From assembly GCF_964204645.1 (NCBI RefSeq), contig NC_134026.1:11679950-11743949 (forward strand): 64,000 nucleotides of DNA. Direction: 5' to 3'. A program made the translations under genes and the position numbers. The notes below the pieces were generated by a model, which saw nothing but the letters and a program-made list of their open reading frames with translations, was not told the DNA's origin and made no database searches. This DNA comes from Tubulanus polymorphus (taxonomy: Eukaryota > Animalia > Nemertea). Shown piece by piece: positions 11,989 through 22,671 of this stretch (its first letter is position 1; each line of letters begins with the position of its first letter).

Positions 11989-12462
11989 TCACACCCTAAA
12001 TAGTCTCTGAGGAAAACCACAGACGCCAAGTGCCCACAATGCGGTCTTCGAATACGAGGCCTCTTCCACAAACAAGTTCTTCCAGACGTATCGGTACTCC
12101 ACATTGTTTACACCGGAGACAGCGATGAAAAATCGTAAGAAGTCATCAACTCTATCTAAAGAAGTTATCGCACCAAGCTGACCTTTGTCAGACTCACTAC
12201 GAGATGGACTGTAGATGTGAACGTGACAACTAGACATTGCTGGCCCCACCTGCGTCAACATAGGTGGTAAGCCCAATGTCGAATAACCAACAACACACGT
12301 CATGTCGAACCGTCCACAAACCTGTAGTCTCAAGAACATCCGATGGAGAGACGTCCACAAACCTGTATCGAAGCCTGTTGTCCGGCATAGATGTCTAAAC
12401 CTGATGTCTCGGAGACTAACAAAGTGTGCGCTGTGTACCATATCAAATGCTAGCCTTTGCAT
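11989..12462 (-). CDS. Hypothetical antisense accessory ORF in the element's 3' region
   Basis: 157-aa ATG-initiated ORF in a relatively GC-rich patch between env and the PPT; no motif recognised. Confidence 0.3.
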   Translation of the reverse strand: MQRLAFDMVHSAHFVSLRDIRFRHLCRTTGFDTGLWTSLHRMFLRLQVCGRFDMTCVVGYSTLGLPPMLTQVGPAMSSCHVHIYSPSRSESDKGQLGAITSLDRVDDFLRFFIAVSGVNNVEYRYVWKNLFVEEASYSKTALWALGVCGFPQRLFRV

Positions 12463-13218
12463 AACTATATTTGGCTAACACTCTTTGCTTTTCCTCTGGA
12501 GTGGTTCCTCCAGCACAGAAATAACCCGGGAGTTAACCCACTCTCGTCAAGGAAAAAGGGCTAATTGTATGGTTGATACCGTTTGGGGTTTTCTGAGTCC
12601 TCTCCCCAACACAGAACAAAGAGGATCGGCTGTTGCTAATGTTTATTTTTATTTTACAAAACGCGTGCCTCTGTGTCAGCCCGCCTTTTATTAGAAATAT
12701 TTAGTATACTTATTATCGTGTATGTGGAACTTGATACTTACTTAGTTACTATCGCGCCATAGTTTTCATTTATTTTCGTGCGTGCAGTCCACTTATTGGA
12801 CTTTGATATTTATTTTAGAAGTGACAATGATATTTACTGCCGTACTGACCACATTACTATTATTGACAACCTATACGCCTATCTTTATATGGGTTAAATT
12901 CCATTCATATGAATCATGTACTATCTTTGTTTATTTCTCCTGATTACGCTTAATTGTTGAGTGGTGGACCTGTATACATTTTTTCCGTGTGTCTACGTCT
13001 TCTTGCTACAATGATAAGTCGTTAGTGTCATCCGCGTAATTTAAGTGTCTTCCAGGTTTTCACCCCACTGATAATTGCGTGTTTAAAGGGAAGAATATCA
13101 TGCAGTATATATGGTTACTTTTCATGTTTGGATCTTTTATCGAGTAGTGGTTTTTCACTCGTTGTCAATAGTTTTTTTTTCGTCGGTATAGTTTAATTTT
13201 GAGATTCGAGGACGAATC

Positions 13219-13236
13219 AAGTGAAGGTGGGGCATA
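13219..13236 (+). promoter_or_regulatory. Polypurine tract
   Basis: AAGTGAAGGTGGGG immediately upstream of the 3' LTR. Confidence 0.75.
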
Positions 13237-13595
13237 TGATACAGAGGATAGTATTTATTTAATATCTAAGTCATTATTCAGTTTTCATTACAAACATGTT
13301 ATACTATATTTCCGTATGTTAATCATATCAAAAGCAATATTGTCTTTATCTCTTTAATCCTAACCGTCCACTTCACTCGGCACTGGTCATTCGGACTTTG
13401 TCCTACTGACGTCTGGCCATTGTCTAGTGGAGCAATATAAATTCATGTCTCTCTATTCCTCGCTCTCTTTCTCTTTGGCTCTCGTTCTCTCTCTGAGCTC
13501 TTTTCTCTTTGACTCGTTTCAACAATAAATCAAGCTTTAAATTATTTCAATATCGTTTGTGTTTGGTGACTATTCTGAGCTAGTTCCAGGTATCA
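13237..13595 (+). repeat. 3' LTR
   Basis: Copy of 2269-2627, followed by GTAT. Confidence 0.97.
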
Positions 13596-14135
13596 GTATT
13601 ATTATTGAGTTGCCACATCATTGTGATGCTGGGACTGGGACACGGCGAGGGTTATCCCTCTCCGTCTCCCAGTCGCTCATATTCCGAGCTAGTCTAGTTC
13701 AAACTTGTGACAATCAGGCAGTTTAGCCATCTGACCGTTAGTATTATGAACCTGCGGGATCTAACCGTTCAGGCTACCTCTCGCGTCAATCCGCGTATAC
13801 ATCATATGGGTAGAACTAACCCCTTATTATTTTAGTCGGGTGCCGTCAATGGCCTTAGTGCATTTATACCCTCAAGCAAAGCTGCGTGCGGTATTTTTTC
13901 TAGCTATTAATAGAGAAAGGTGTAAGAGTACTCTTCCAGTTACATTATAATACGTTGGTTTCACTAAAGTCTCGGAATTTGTCGGGTGACGATTAGCCAT
14001 TCTGCCAGTGGTAGTCCAGGTCGAAACCAAGTCTTCCCTTGATGTGTTACTTCCTAAGAGGACCGGAGATGAGTTTCCCGAAGAAAGAATGGAGGGCCAG
14101 GGAACTGATCAGTCCCTGCGTCGGACCACCAGTGA

Positions 14136-17100
14136 AGGCATCAGACCACAATTAGGTTAGTAGCTCGAAGATGCGTAGGGCCGGACCCCAAAAATAGTAC
14201 CTAGAGTGAAGAAGAGGTCCCCCATAAATGTTGCCATAATTTCTGCAAATGGGATAGGTAACGAATTTCGGTTATATGTATGAAATCCATTGATCCTGAG
14301 AGACAAATTGATGATGAAATAAGGGATTCCCTGGACTTTTTTTGCTTGGAGTAAGGGTACCAAACACGGTGGGGGATTCCCTTAGATATTTGGCTCGGAT
14401 GTACTGGCATACCTGTACTGGGATACCCCTCCCTTCTAAAGGTTTGATTATTTCAAAAGTTAGGTTGGGTATGTGGGGCGAAAACCACTTCAATGCGTAG
14501 CTAAGATGCTGGCCTATGAGCCATAAGCAGGATTTCCCCTGAATTTACGCGCTTATATATGAACTAAACTCTCGAATTTCTTGTTTTTACTATAGGATAT
14601 AGAAGATTTTGGAATAGTGGTCTGAGCTCTGACAGCCAATACAGCCAAAATGACAAATTTTGAGGTTTTGATGAAATTTCACAAATAATCTTTATGTTAT
14701 ACATCTTTTGCACATATAAGTCGCCTTGAGGCATTCATTGAGACCTAATTTGCTGATTTTAATCAGTTTCATGGTAGGATTTGGTAATATTTTTGCTTGA
14801 AGAAGGCTAGAATCGCAGATTTCGGTCAATTTTTAGGCATGAATCGTAAGATATATTCTCGTAGGAGGCTTGGTCTGGGCTCATAAGTTTATTTCATAAA
14901 GGCCATCCTTGCCCATGCAGAATAATCACATTAATTCAGCTTTCTTTGATTTAGTTATCTAGTTTGGCTGACTTTTTGGTGCCAGATACTGTCAGGAATT
15001 TAAGGGGTAGAGGAAATGCATATATTCGTTGAAACCATGGCAACCGAAAGGACATTGTCAGAGGCCAGTTGTGATATTTTTCCTAACTGGTACTGGTGAC
15101 AACTACGCTTAGTATATAAAATTCGTCCCGGCCAAAGGCCTGTGGACGCAGTAGGGTGCATTCGAATTAAGCCTTCTGGGCAAGAAAACGCCAAATCTAA
15201 AGGTTTCAGCCAATTCGATGATGTAAATGGCATTTTTTTCAAAAAATGCTTAAAGATTGTGTTTCTGATTTGTATCCATAGCCATATATTTATATCCATC
15301 AGTGAAAAAACCTATCAAGTATTCAGAAAATGCTGTATAATTGTTTTATTCATATTTTGAAATGAATGTTTGACTTAGATGATATTGATAGAAAACTTGG
15401 ATTTTGTCGCATACGCGCGATTTGTGCATTAGTATGTATTTCCATGTGTAATTGGCCGAGAGCTATTGTATTGCGTTGTATAACTAGGGTGTCTCCACTC
15501 TTTCTAAATCTGTACAAAAACTAATGCTATTCTTAAGTTTGGGTACTAGTCAGGCATCAGACCTCAATAAGGTTAGTAGCTCGAAGATGCGTAGGGCCGG
15601 ACCCCCAAAAATAGTACCTAGAGTGAAGAAGAGGTCCCCCATAAATGTTGCCATAATTTCTGCAAATGGGTTAGGTAACGAATTTCGGTTATATGTATGA
15701 AATCCATTGATCCTGAGAGACAGATTGATGATGAAATAAGGGATTCCCTGGATTTTTTTTTGCTTGGAGTAAGGGTACCAAACACGGTGGGGGATTCCCT
15801 TAGATATTTGGCTCGGATGTACTGGCATACCTGTACTGGGATATCCCTCCTTTTTAAAGGTTTGATTATTTCAAAAGTTAGGTTGGGTATGTGGGGCGAA
15901 AACCACTTCAATGCGTAGCTAAGATGCTGGCCTATGAGCCATAAGCAGGATTTCCCCTGAAATTACGCGCTTATATATTGATCCACAGCTAGATTTTCGT
16001 AGTATTTGAAAATGTTTCGTAGTATTTAGAAATGTTCTTAATGTTGTTTCCGTATGCGTGGGGGTTACGTTAAAGCCGTCAGACAAGAACGTACTAGTAG
16101 TAAGAATTACGAAAGTTCTTGTTTGATGCTTTCATCTACCAACGCAAACCATAAATCAGTCTATAAACAACAATTCTTTCTCGGTTCTTCTGCTGTGAGA
16201 TCTGGCAAACATTCAGAAAATCTTTATATAAAACTTTTAAATAGTTGGAACCATATTTGGTTGGGTCGGAACAATGGAGTGTATTTATAATGAGGCTCGT
16301 GAAGGGATCACGCTGATACTTGATGATATTCCCGGCTACTTTCCGTAAAAGGAAAAACCGGAAGTTTAGGAAGATGTGGTTGTTTTGCTTATCCTGTATT
16401 AAAATAGAATTAGTTAAATTGTAGATAAAATAATTAGTATAAGTATTTCAAATAATTTAAGAATTGAGTAATCTAGATGTTGTTTAAGAACAAATTGTTA
16501 ATAATCGCTAATGTTTTAGAAAAACTAATTTGTGTTAAATGTTAAAACTAGCTGTCTGAAGTTTCTGTTGTCTGTATGCGCTCGTTGGTAATTCACTGAC
16601 AATAGCTGCTCTCTCAACAACGACTAGCAAGGAGTGAGTAAATCACAACGCGTCATGACAGGAGGGTTGGAAGAAAAAGTTTATATCAGCAAATCAGTTT
16701 CTTAAAAACCTTTAGATCAGCTAATCAGTAGGGCTAAATTTTCCGTAACTAAAAACGGTCATGACAGTTGGGTAGCTGCTCTTTGCCAAAAAGCGGAAGA
16801 CCCTGCGTGGGAGAATCGGAATTCTGAGAATGCCGGTTCTCTCTACAAAAGGGGGCCGCTATCGAGAGAGAGGAGAGAGTCTGTACCTTAGTAAGACGAG
16901 TGTCGACGACAGCAGGACAGGAGAAGCTTCGGAACGATAGGGATTCATATACAATAGGGATTAGGAAAATCATTCTTTGTTCAAGGTAAATAAAATATAT
17001 TATCTTCAAGATTATCATCCGGTATTTCAATTTATTCATTCGGATTTGTGCACGGACACGTTCTCTCGCCAGGGGCTTACTCAAGTATTTTATAGATAAC

Positions 17101-17207
17101 GATTAAAGAGAGGATTGTGACCGGTGTATCAATATGAACTAAACTCTCGAATTTCTTGTTTTTACTATAGGATATAGAAGATTTTGGAATAGTGGTCTGA
17201 GCTCTGA
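14136..17207. repeat. Non-coding element with ~497-bp direct repeats (second copy split by a solo LTR)
   Basis: 14136-14632 is repeated as 15552-15978 plus 17136-17207; TGAAGGC at both outer junctions. Confidence 0.8.
15979..17131. mobile_element. Solo LTR (1153 bp)
   Basis: TGAT...ATCA ends, ATAT TSD; the empty site GCTTATATATGAACT is visible in the other repeat copy at 14551-14565. Confidence 0.8.
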
Positions 17208-18380
17208 AGGCGAATTCCAACCAAGATGAAGAATCCCTGTAGTGGTAGTTCAAGAGGAGGTGTTATCGAGTCGGCCCTGGGGCCGGGTTCAGATATTGGG
17301 ATCTGTCTATCGTCACTGACATTTCCGCTTCAGACTCAAGCCTTTTATTTATTTAATTTCATAGTTGTACCTCTCACCCCTCTCTCCCCCTAGATGTTCT
17401 TTCATAGCGTGAGTTAACCACATTTCGTACGAAATATTAGTTGAACGTGATTAGGCTGACGAGCCGTCATTTAGTGAGATATTGTGACCTTATCCTAGGG
17501 GTCTACTAGTAATACGAGTATTAAGAGTATTACGAGTATAAAAAGTATTACTATGAATGAGCACTACGAGTAGCGAGCAACATTCCATTTATAAATTTTG
17601 CGTTGTTGAGGCAATAAACATGTCTAACGTTACGTTTTACGAATAACGGTCTTATGTCTTTATTGAGTGGATTTCTGAGTCCGAGTCAGTTCAACCAGTT
17701 TCGGGAACAACTCTGGAACCGATAAGGACGCGCTACCCAGAACGAAGGAGTCCGAGTTGTTGTTGGTCGCCTTCAGGTTAAGGACGATTGGACTCGAAGA
17801 CCCACCTAGAATCGATATGAGGCACAACGTGTAGAGGGGATCCCCGACGAAGTTATTTGGCCCGACCCGTGCGTTAGCGAGGCCAAGCTGTAGACATCCT
17901 CGCTTGCTAGGGGTCCGGTATCACTCCCGAACTCGCTTCCACCAGCCCCCTGGCCTCACGAAGCGTGATTTCATTACTGGCGCTGTTGCGCGTGACGTCA
18001 TATATCGATTTGCGAAATACTTCCTTGTTCGGTAAAACGTTCGCTGATTGATCAATTTAACGGGAAAACCAACATAAGTCTACTGACGGTTTGTTACAAG
18101 CGCTGTGATTGGTACGACCGGATTCTGGTCGGCTAGTAACGACTCCAACGACTCGTGGGGTCAAGGGGTTCGGGGGAACAGCTTTAGCGTAGTAGTCAGC
18201 CAGCCAACCTTAAAAAACTATCCTAAAATTCGACGATCACGGCATTTTTTGTTACAGCTTGGCATCCGGGCTCATTTGATAGCAGAGTATGTGGGAGTAA
18301 TTGGGAAAGTAGGCTTTCAGGCCAGAGTACGAGAGTACTAGACACCACTCATCACCACAAGTAATTTTTTTTCCTTATAA

Positions 18381-18707
18381 ATGGGAGATAGAAAAGCATT
18401 CTTAGCAACAATAAATAACAGAATAAAACCAGCAAAAAAACAATTTGAAATAAAAAAGTTAGTTGATGTTACAAAAGAAATTGAACATAAAATATTGAAA
18501 TTAGAAAAGATAAAAACTAAATATGGAGAGAAAGTATCAGCTAATTTAAGCTACTGTAATGTTAGTACATCGCGAGAATTTAAAGTGTTTTTACCCGATA
18601 AATGGGTTTCATTGAGTACGGAGGAATTGAAAGATTTAGTAGGATTTAAAATAATATATCATGGGAAAAATGAAGACGGTCATCATGATTTAGAAATTGT
18701 TGATTGA
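18381..18707 (+). CDS. Hypothetical protein (starts inside the left TIR)
   Basis: 108-aa ORF preceded by the element's TAATTTTTTTT..ATAAATG motif. Confidence 0.7.
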   Translation: MGDRKAFLATINNRIKPAKKQFEIKKLVDVTKEIEHKILKLEKIKTKYGEKVSANLSYCNVSTSREFKVFLPDKWVSLSTEELKDLVGFKIIYHGKNEDGHHDLEIVD

Positions 18708-18713
18708 ATAAAA

Positions 18714-18748
18714 AATAAAAATAATGAATATCTAGAATCCAAAATGAC
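18714..18748. terminator. 35-bp repeat, putative 3'-end/termination signal (copy 1)
   Basis: 34/35 identical to 19593-19627; lies just downstream of the + strand ORF. Confidence 0.35.
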
Positions 18749-19050
18749 CTTAGTCGTTTTATAAACAACTACAATCATACAGTACATCTGTTACATGTTA
18801 TTATAAGAGAGTGCTTCATTTGAATATTGATCAATCAAACAGGTGTTGCACAACGTTGTTGTTATATAATAAGCACGCAGTACATACAACACACACAAGC
18901 CAGTTAGCTGGTATTGAATTACTACGTTTTCATTAGTTGCTGAAAACGAGGTTTATTTAAATTAGCTCAGCCGTGACAACAGGAGGATAGTCATCATTCT
19001 ATCGTGATTAAAAGGAATATTTCAATGTTTTTACGGTAAGTTTTAGCAAA

Positions 19051-19336
19051 ACCACCCGACTTGACTCGCAGAGTTTTTAGGGGATAAGCATCCCGTTATT
19101 GAGAGGCGCCACGAGATACCTATCCCCAAGCATTTCTACTTACACCCCTGTGACCCACACCTCACCAATTCTCCTTCAATGGTTGACAGGAAACACATTA
19201 TATTAAAGGCGCCTAATGCATTTCCTATCAACCCCTTACCCCCGAAAGGAGGATCGAAAGTCGAAACTGAAGGAGAACCACGGAGGGTGGACAAAGGTGC
19301 ATTTTCGAAATGCCCCTGCAAGCCAAGCCCGGCGGC
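19051..19336 (-). ncRNA. Putative highly structured viral ncRNA with two GGCGCC loops
   Basis: GC-rich island. Manual pairing on the minus strand gives a 22/23-bp closing helix and perfect 20-bp and 17-bp hairpins, with many G-U pairs that become A-C mismatches on the plus strand. TATATAA lies upstream at 19367-19361. Confidence 0.7.
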
Positions 19337-19592
19337 ACTCCAGTGGTTGAATGAATTACCTTATATACTTAGCTAAAACACCTAAGTAAATGTTGTTGGT
19401 GCTAAAAAAATATGTGAAATTTGAAATTATAAATTATTCCGAATGAAAAGAATGTAAGAATGAAAACTGATAAATGAATTATGTATTTTTAACTTAATTA
19501 TGATATAATTTTTAATCAAATTAGTAATCAATTACTATGTTAATTGATTAACAAATTCAAATTCAAATATTCAAATAAAAACAAAATAGATT

Positions 19593-19627
19593 AATAAAAA
19601 TAATGAATATCTAGAATCCGAAATGAC
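19593..19627. terminator. 35-bp repeat, putative 3'-end/termination signal (copy 2)
   Basis: Lies just downstream of the last gene of the minus-strand block; matches 18714-18748. Confidence 0.35.
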
Positions 19628-19712
19628 TTATCTGGATAATTTAATTGCTCCGCATAGATAGACAAAAGTAGTGAGATATTTAATTATTTTTTTTACTTTT
19701 TTTTCTAAAATA

Positions 19713-20081
19713 TTAATCCATTTTTTTTATTATCAATTTTGGAATTTCAGAAGTATTTTCATTTTTGATAGCAGTTGGTTCAGAATTACTAATATCATGA
19801 ATTTTATTTGATTTCTTATACCAATTACACCCAATCAAAATGAATACAATTACAAATCCAACTGTAAAATATAAATATTTATTAAATATTCTACTATCAG
19901 AAGGAGTAGAAATAACAATATTTTCACCATTTTTATTAACATTTTTATTACTTATTTTTTCTTTTACAGCTTTTTTATATTCTTGTGATTTAATTCCTAA
20001 TTGCCGAGACCATTCAATTTGTTTCTGAGTTCTCGGTTTTTTCTTCACAGTTAATTCCTTCACTTCTTTCACCTCGCTCAT
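19713..20081 (-). CDS. Hypothetical single-pass membrane protein
   Basis: TM segment YLYFTVGFVIVFILIGCNWY; TAAATG start. Confidence 0.75.
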   Translation of the reverse strand: MSEVKEVKELTVKKKPRTQKQIEWSRQLGIKSQEYKKAVKEKISNKNVNKNGENIVISTPSDSRIFNKYLYFTVGFVIVFILIGCNWYKKSNKIHDISNSEPTAIKNENTSEIPKLIIKKMD

Positions 20082-20619
20082 TTATTATAGAAATATTTTT
20101 ACTTTCAATATTTGAAAATGTTATAACCCCAGTTGATAATAATGTCATAAATCCACCTAATTGAAATGATAAATATCCAATCCATTTATTTAATTCAGTC
20201 ATAACTAAATAATCATTTTTTAAATCGGAATATAATCTATTTTCATCTTCAATTGGTAGTATATAATTACATAATTTACTATAACCTTTTACTACATTTT
20301 CTGATATCGCGTCATTAATTCTAGCTGTTCTCGCGGCTTCATAAATCTTAAATAATCTAATAATTTCATCTGATTTCATTGTATCTAATTCATTATAAGT
20401 TAAATTTTTACCGACAAAATTTTTACATTTTCCAGATGCTATTGATATTTCTAATTGATGTTTACAATAAATATAATATTCATAATTATTATTTGTTGTA
20501 ACATTATTTAAAGCACCATCATCTGGAGTTAATTTTGTTTCTGTTATTCCTAAATCATCTAAAGTTTTTTCAATTGGAACATCACCATTTTTAGATTTTA
20601 TTTTCTTTTCACCTACCAT
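20014..20619 (-). CDS. Hypothetical protein with C-terminal hydrophobic segment
   Basis: 201-aa ORF with the conserved upstream motif. Confidence 0.75.
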   Translation of the reverse strand: MVGEKKIKSKNGDVPIEKTLDDLGITETKLTPDDGALNNVTTNNNYEYYIYCKHQLEISIASGKCKNFVGKNLTYNELDTMKSDEIIRLFKIYEAARTARINDAISENVVKGYSKLCNYILPIEDENRLYSDLKNDYLVMTELNKWIGYLSFQLGGFMTLLSTGVITFSNIESKNISIINERGERSEGINCEEKTENSETN

Positions 20620-20651
20620 TTATATAACAAAAAAATTAATTGTGTGATGTT

Positions 20652-20903
20652 GCAACTAGAATTTAACTAGAATGTAACTAGAATTCAACTAGATTAACAA
20701 GCTAGTTGAAATATTGTTGTTTTTATTTATTTCTTGTTAAATCTAGTTGATTTTTTGTTTCAACTATTAACAACTAGAATTCAATTAGAATGTAACTAGA
20801 ATTAAACTAGATTAACAAGCTAGTTAAAATATTGTTAAATCTATTTGATTTTTGTTACAACTACCAATAACTAGAATTCAACTAGATTAACAAACTAGTT
20901 GAA
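20652..20903. repeat. Intergenic array of AACTAGA ~11-bp repeats with inverted CTAGTT copies
   Basis: Blocks of CAACTAGAATT.../AACTAGATTAACAAGCTAGTT repeated about three times. Confidence 0.85.
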
Positions 20904-20904
20904 T

Positions 20905-21513
20905 TTAAATAAATTCATATTTAAATGGGTGTTGTAATCTAAATAGTAATTTTGATCTTTTAATATTTTTCAACTTATCCATATATTCATTATGTAAATC
21001 ATGTGAAATAATATCATTTTCCTCAAGTGCATTTTTCATCGATTTTCTATCTTTATTGTAGAATAAAACTAGAAATCTAATGTTTTCTCTAAAGTCTTTA
21101 ACAATTGAATTATATTTTTGATTTAAAACCCAAGTTGTTATCCCAAAATGTCTACCAGAGAAAGCCAAATAACATAACTCACTTTCCCTAACTTTTGAAT
21201 CATGTAAATTTGCGCAATCATCTATGATAAATAATGTATTTGATCCTTTATAAATATCAATTGCTATTTTTATACAATTATCTAAATTTTCTTTTACTGT
21301 TTTAGGATCTAATATAATAAATTTATTATTCCTAGTAATATTTTTATCATAAGTTTGATTAAATTCATATGTTGGACAAAATAATACTATATTATCAAAA
21401 TAGTTTTCATAAACAGTTTCTAATAAATGTAATATAAAATAAGTTTTTCCACAATTTGTTACACCAGAAATTAACATATTATGAGGCTCAAATATGAATA
21501 ATTCCTTATTCAT
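20905..21513 (-). CDS. A32/FtsK-like DNA-packaging ATPase
   Basis: Walker A GVTNCGKT, Walker B LFIIDD, SGRH arginine motif, VLNQ, FREN. Confidence 0.92.
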   Translation of the reverse strand: MNKELFIFEPHNMLISGVTNCGKTYFILHLLETVYENYFDNIVLFCPTYEFNQTYDKNITRNNKFIILDPKTVKENLDNCIKIAIDIYKGSNTLFIIDDCANLHDSKVRESELCYLAFSGRHFGITTWVLNQKYNSIVKDFRENIRFLVLFYNKDRKSMKNALEENDIISHDLHNEYMDKLKNIKRSKLLFRLQHPFKYEFI

Positions 21514-22641
21514 TTATATATTTTTAATTTTACTTGATAATATCCATTCATTAAATTTATCTGGCCATCCAACCCTATTTACTAAAGAATATTTTTTTCT
21601 TTTAATAGTTTTTGTTTTTAATACTTTTTCAATTTTATATTCTTGTTCTAGATTTTCAGTAGTTAAACTTAATTCTTCTTCGTAAAAGTAGCCATCAACT
21701 TCTTCACCATCTAAATCTTCTAATTTATAGACATATGGTTTTGTTGTTATTACCTTTTTTATTTTATATATTTCCCTAGTAAAATTTCGATCGTATCCTT
21801 TGTCAAATATCTTTTTATACTTAGAAATTCTAACATTTTGACCAACTTTAAATTTAGGTTCACCAAAATCATCTACAAGAAATGCTCCATATAAATTATT
21901 CCAAACAATTTCAGCATTTTCAGGTTTTCTAGCATCAATAGGTTTCATTCCAATAGAAGAATGATAAGAATTATTATATCCTTCTATCAATTTTGGTAAA
22001 ACATCAATCCATTTAAAAGTATTATTTGCTGTAAAATATTTCCACATTCTTGTTCTTAATGTTCTATTAAATCGTTCAACAACTGCTGCTTTTTTATCTG
22101 ATTTTGTTGAAAAATTTTTAATATTATGATTATCTAAGAGTTCATGAACAAGTGAATTATCAAACTCTTTTCCATCATCAAATTGTATTTTTTCTGGTTT
22201 TAGTTTATCATCCGAAAGAAATTTTCTTAAAACATTTGATGTTTGTACAGCATCTTTTCTATAAAGTGGGAAACTCCATACATAACGACTAAAAATATCA
22301 ATTATATTCAATAACCACCAATAATCATCATTATCTTTCTTAACATTTTTCATATCAATTAAATCTCCTTGCCACTGTTGATCTACATAACTTACCATAG
22401 TTTTACGAGTTTTATATTTTCTAACAATTTTTTTATGTGTTGTATATGTTGGTTGTTCTAACATAAATTCATTTATATCTTTATATTTAACTAAATTTTG
22501 TGGGATTATCTTATCTAATTTATCTTGTTTTACTTTACGCCATATATTTTTAGTAGAAGAATAAGCAACCGAACTCTCAGGGTTGTAATATAAATTTCTT
22601 AAATATTGTTCTTTAGTATTAGGAGATTTTTTACCTCCCAT
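21514..22641 (-). CDS. Retroviral-like (rve) integrase with C-terminal chromodomain
   Basis: WQGDLIDM, IDIFSRY, DDGKEF, VERFNRTLR; KFKVGQNVRISK; IEKVLK..GWPDKFNEWI. Confidence 0.95.
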   Translation of the reverse strand: MGGKKSPNTKEQYLRNLYYNPESSVAYSSTKNIWRKVKQDKLDKIIPQNLVKYKDINEFMLEQPTYTTHKKIVRKYKTRKTMVSYVDQQWQGDLIDMKNVKKDNDDYWWLLNIIDIFSRYVWSFPLYRKDAVQTSNVLRKFLSDDKLKPEKIQFDDGKEFDNSLVHELLDNHNIKNFSTKSDKKAAVVERFNRTLRTRMWKYFTANNTFKWIDVLPKLIEGYNNSYHSSIGMKPIDARKPENAEIVWNNLYGAFLVDDFGEPKFKVGQNVRISKYKKIFDKGYDRNFTREIYKIKKVITTKPYVYKLEDLDGEEVDGYFYEEELSLTTENLEQEYKIEKVLKTKTIKRKKYSLVNRVGWPDKFNEWILSSKIKNI

Positions 22642-22671
22642 TTATATACGCTTAATTTTAACTTTATATTT

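Larger units (their letters stand above)
2269..13595 (+). mobile_element. Full-length Ty3/Gypsy LTR retrotransposon with env and chromodomain integrase
   Basis: 359-bp LTRs with TGATAC...GTATCA ends, GTAT TSD (2265-2268 and 13596-13599), PBS, PPT, gag-pol-env order. Confidence 0.97.

Noticed and set aside
14157-15918. Duplicated short ORFs
   Set aside because: Frames differ between the two repeat copies, so there is no sign of coding constraint
17420-18170. Possible reverse-strand promoter and small gene (TGACGTCA near 17993, ATTGG near 18108)
   Set aside because: No ATG-initiated ORF or element boundaries I can support
18750-19340. Group I or II intron, RNase P/MRP, SRP or tRNA identity for the structured region
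   Set aside because: I could not find group II domain V, group I P7 elements, RNase P conserved regions, the SRP helix 8 motif or a cloverleaf
19136-19376. Short ORFs 19136-19321(-) and 19179-19376(+)
   Set aside because: They lack the element's TAAATG start and AT-rich codon usage; better explained as by-products of the GC-rich structured region
20652-20903. CRISPR array
   Set aside because: No unique spacers of regular length, no cas genes, eukaryotic viral context
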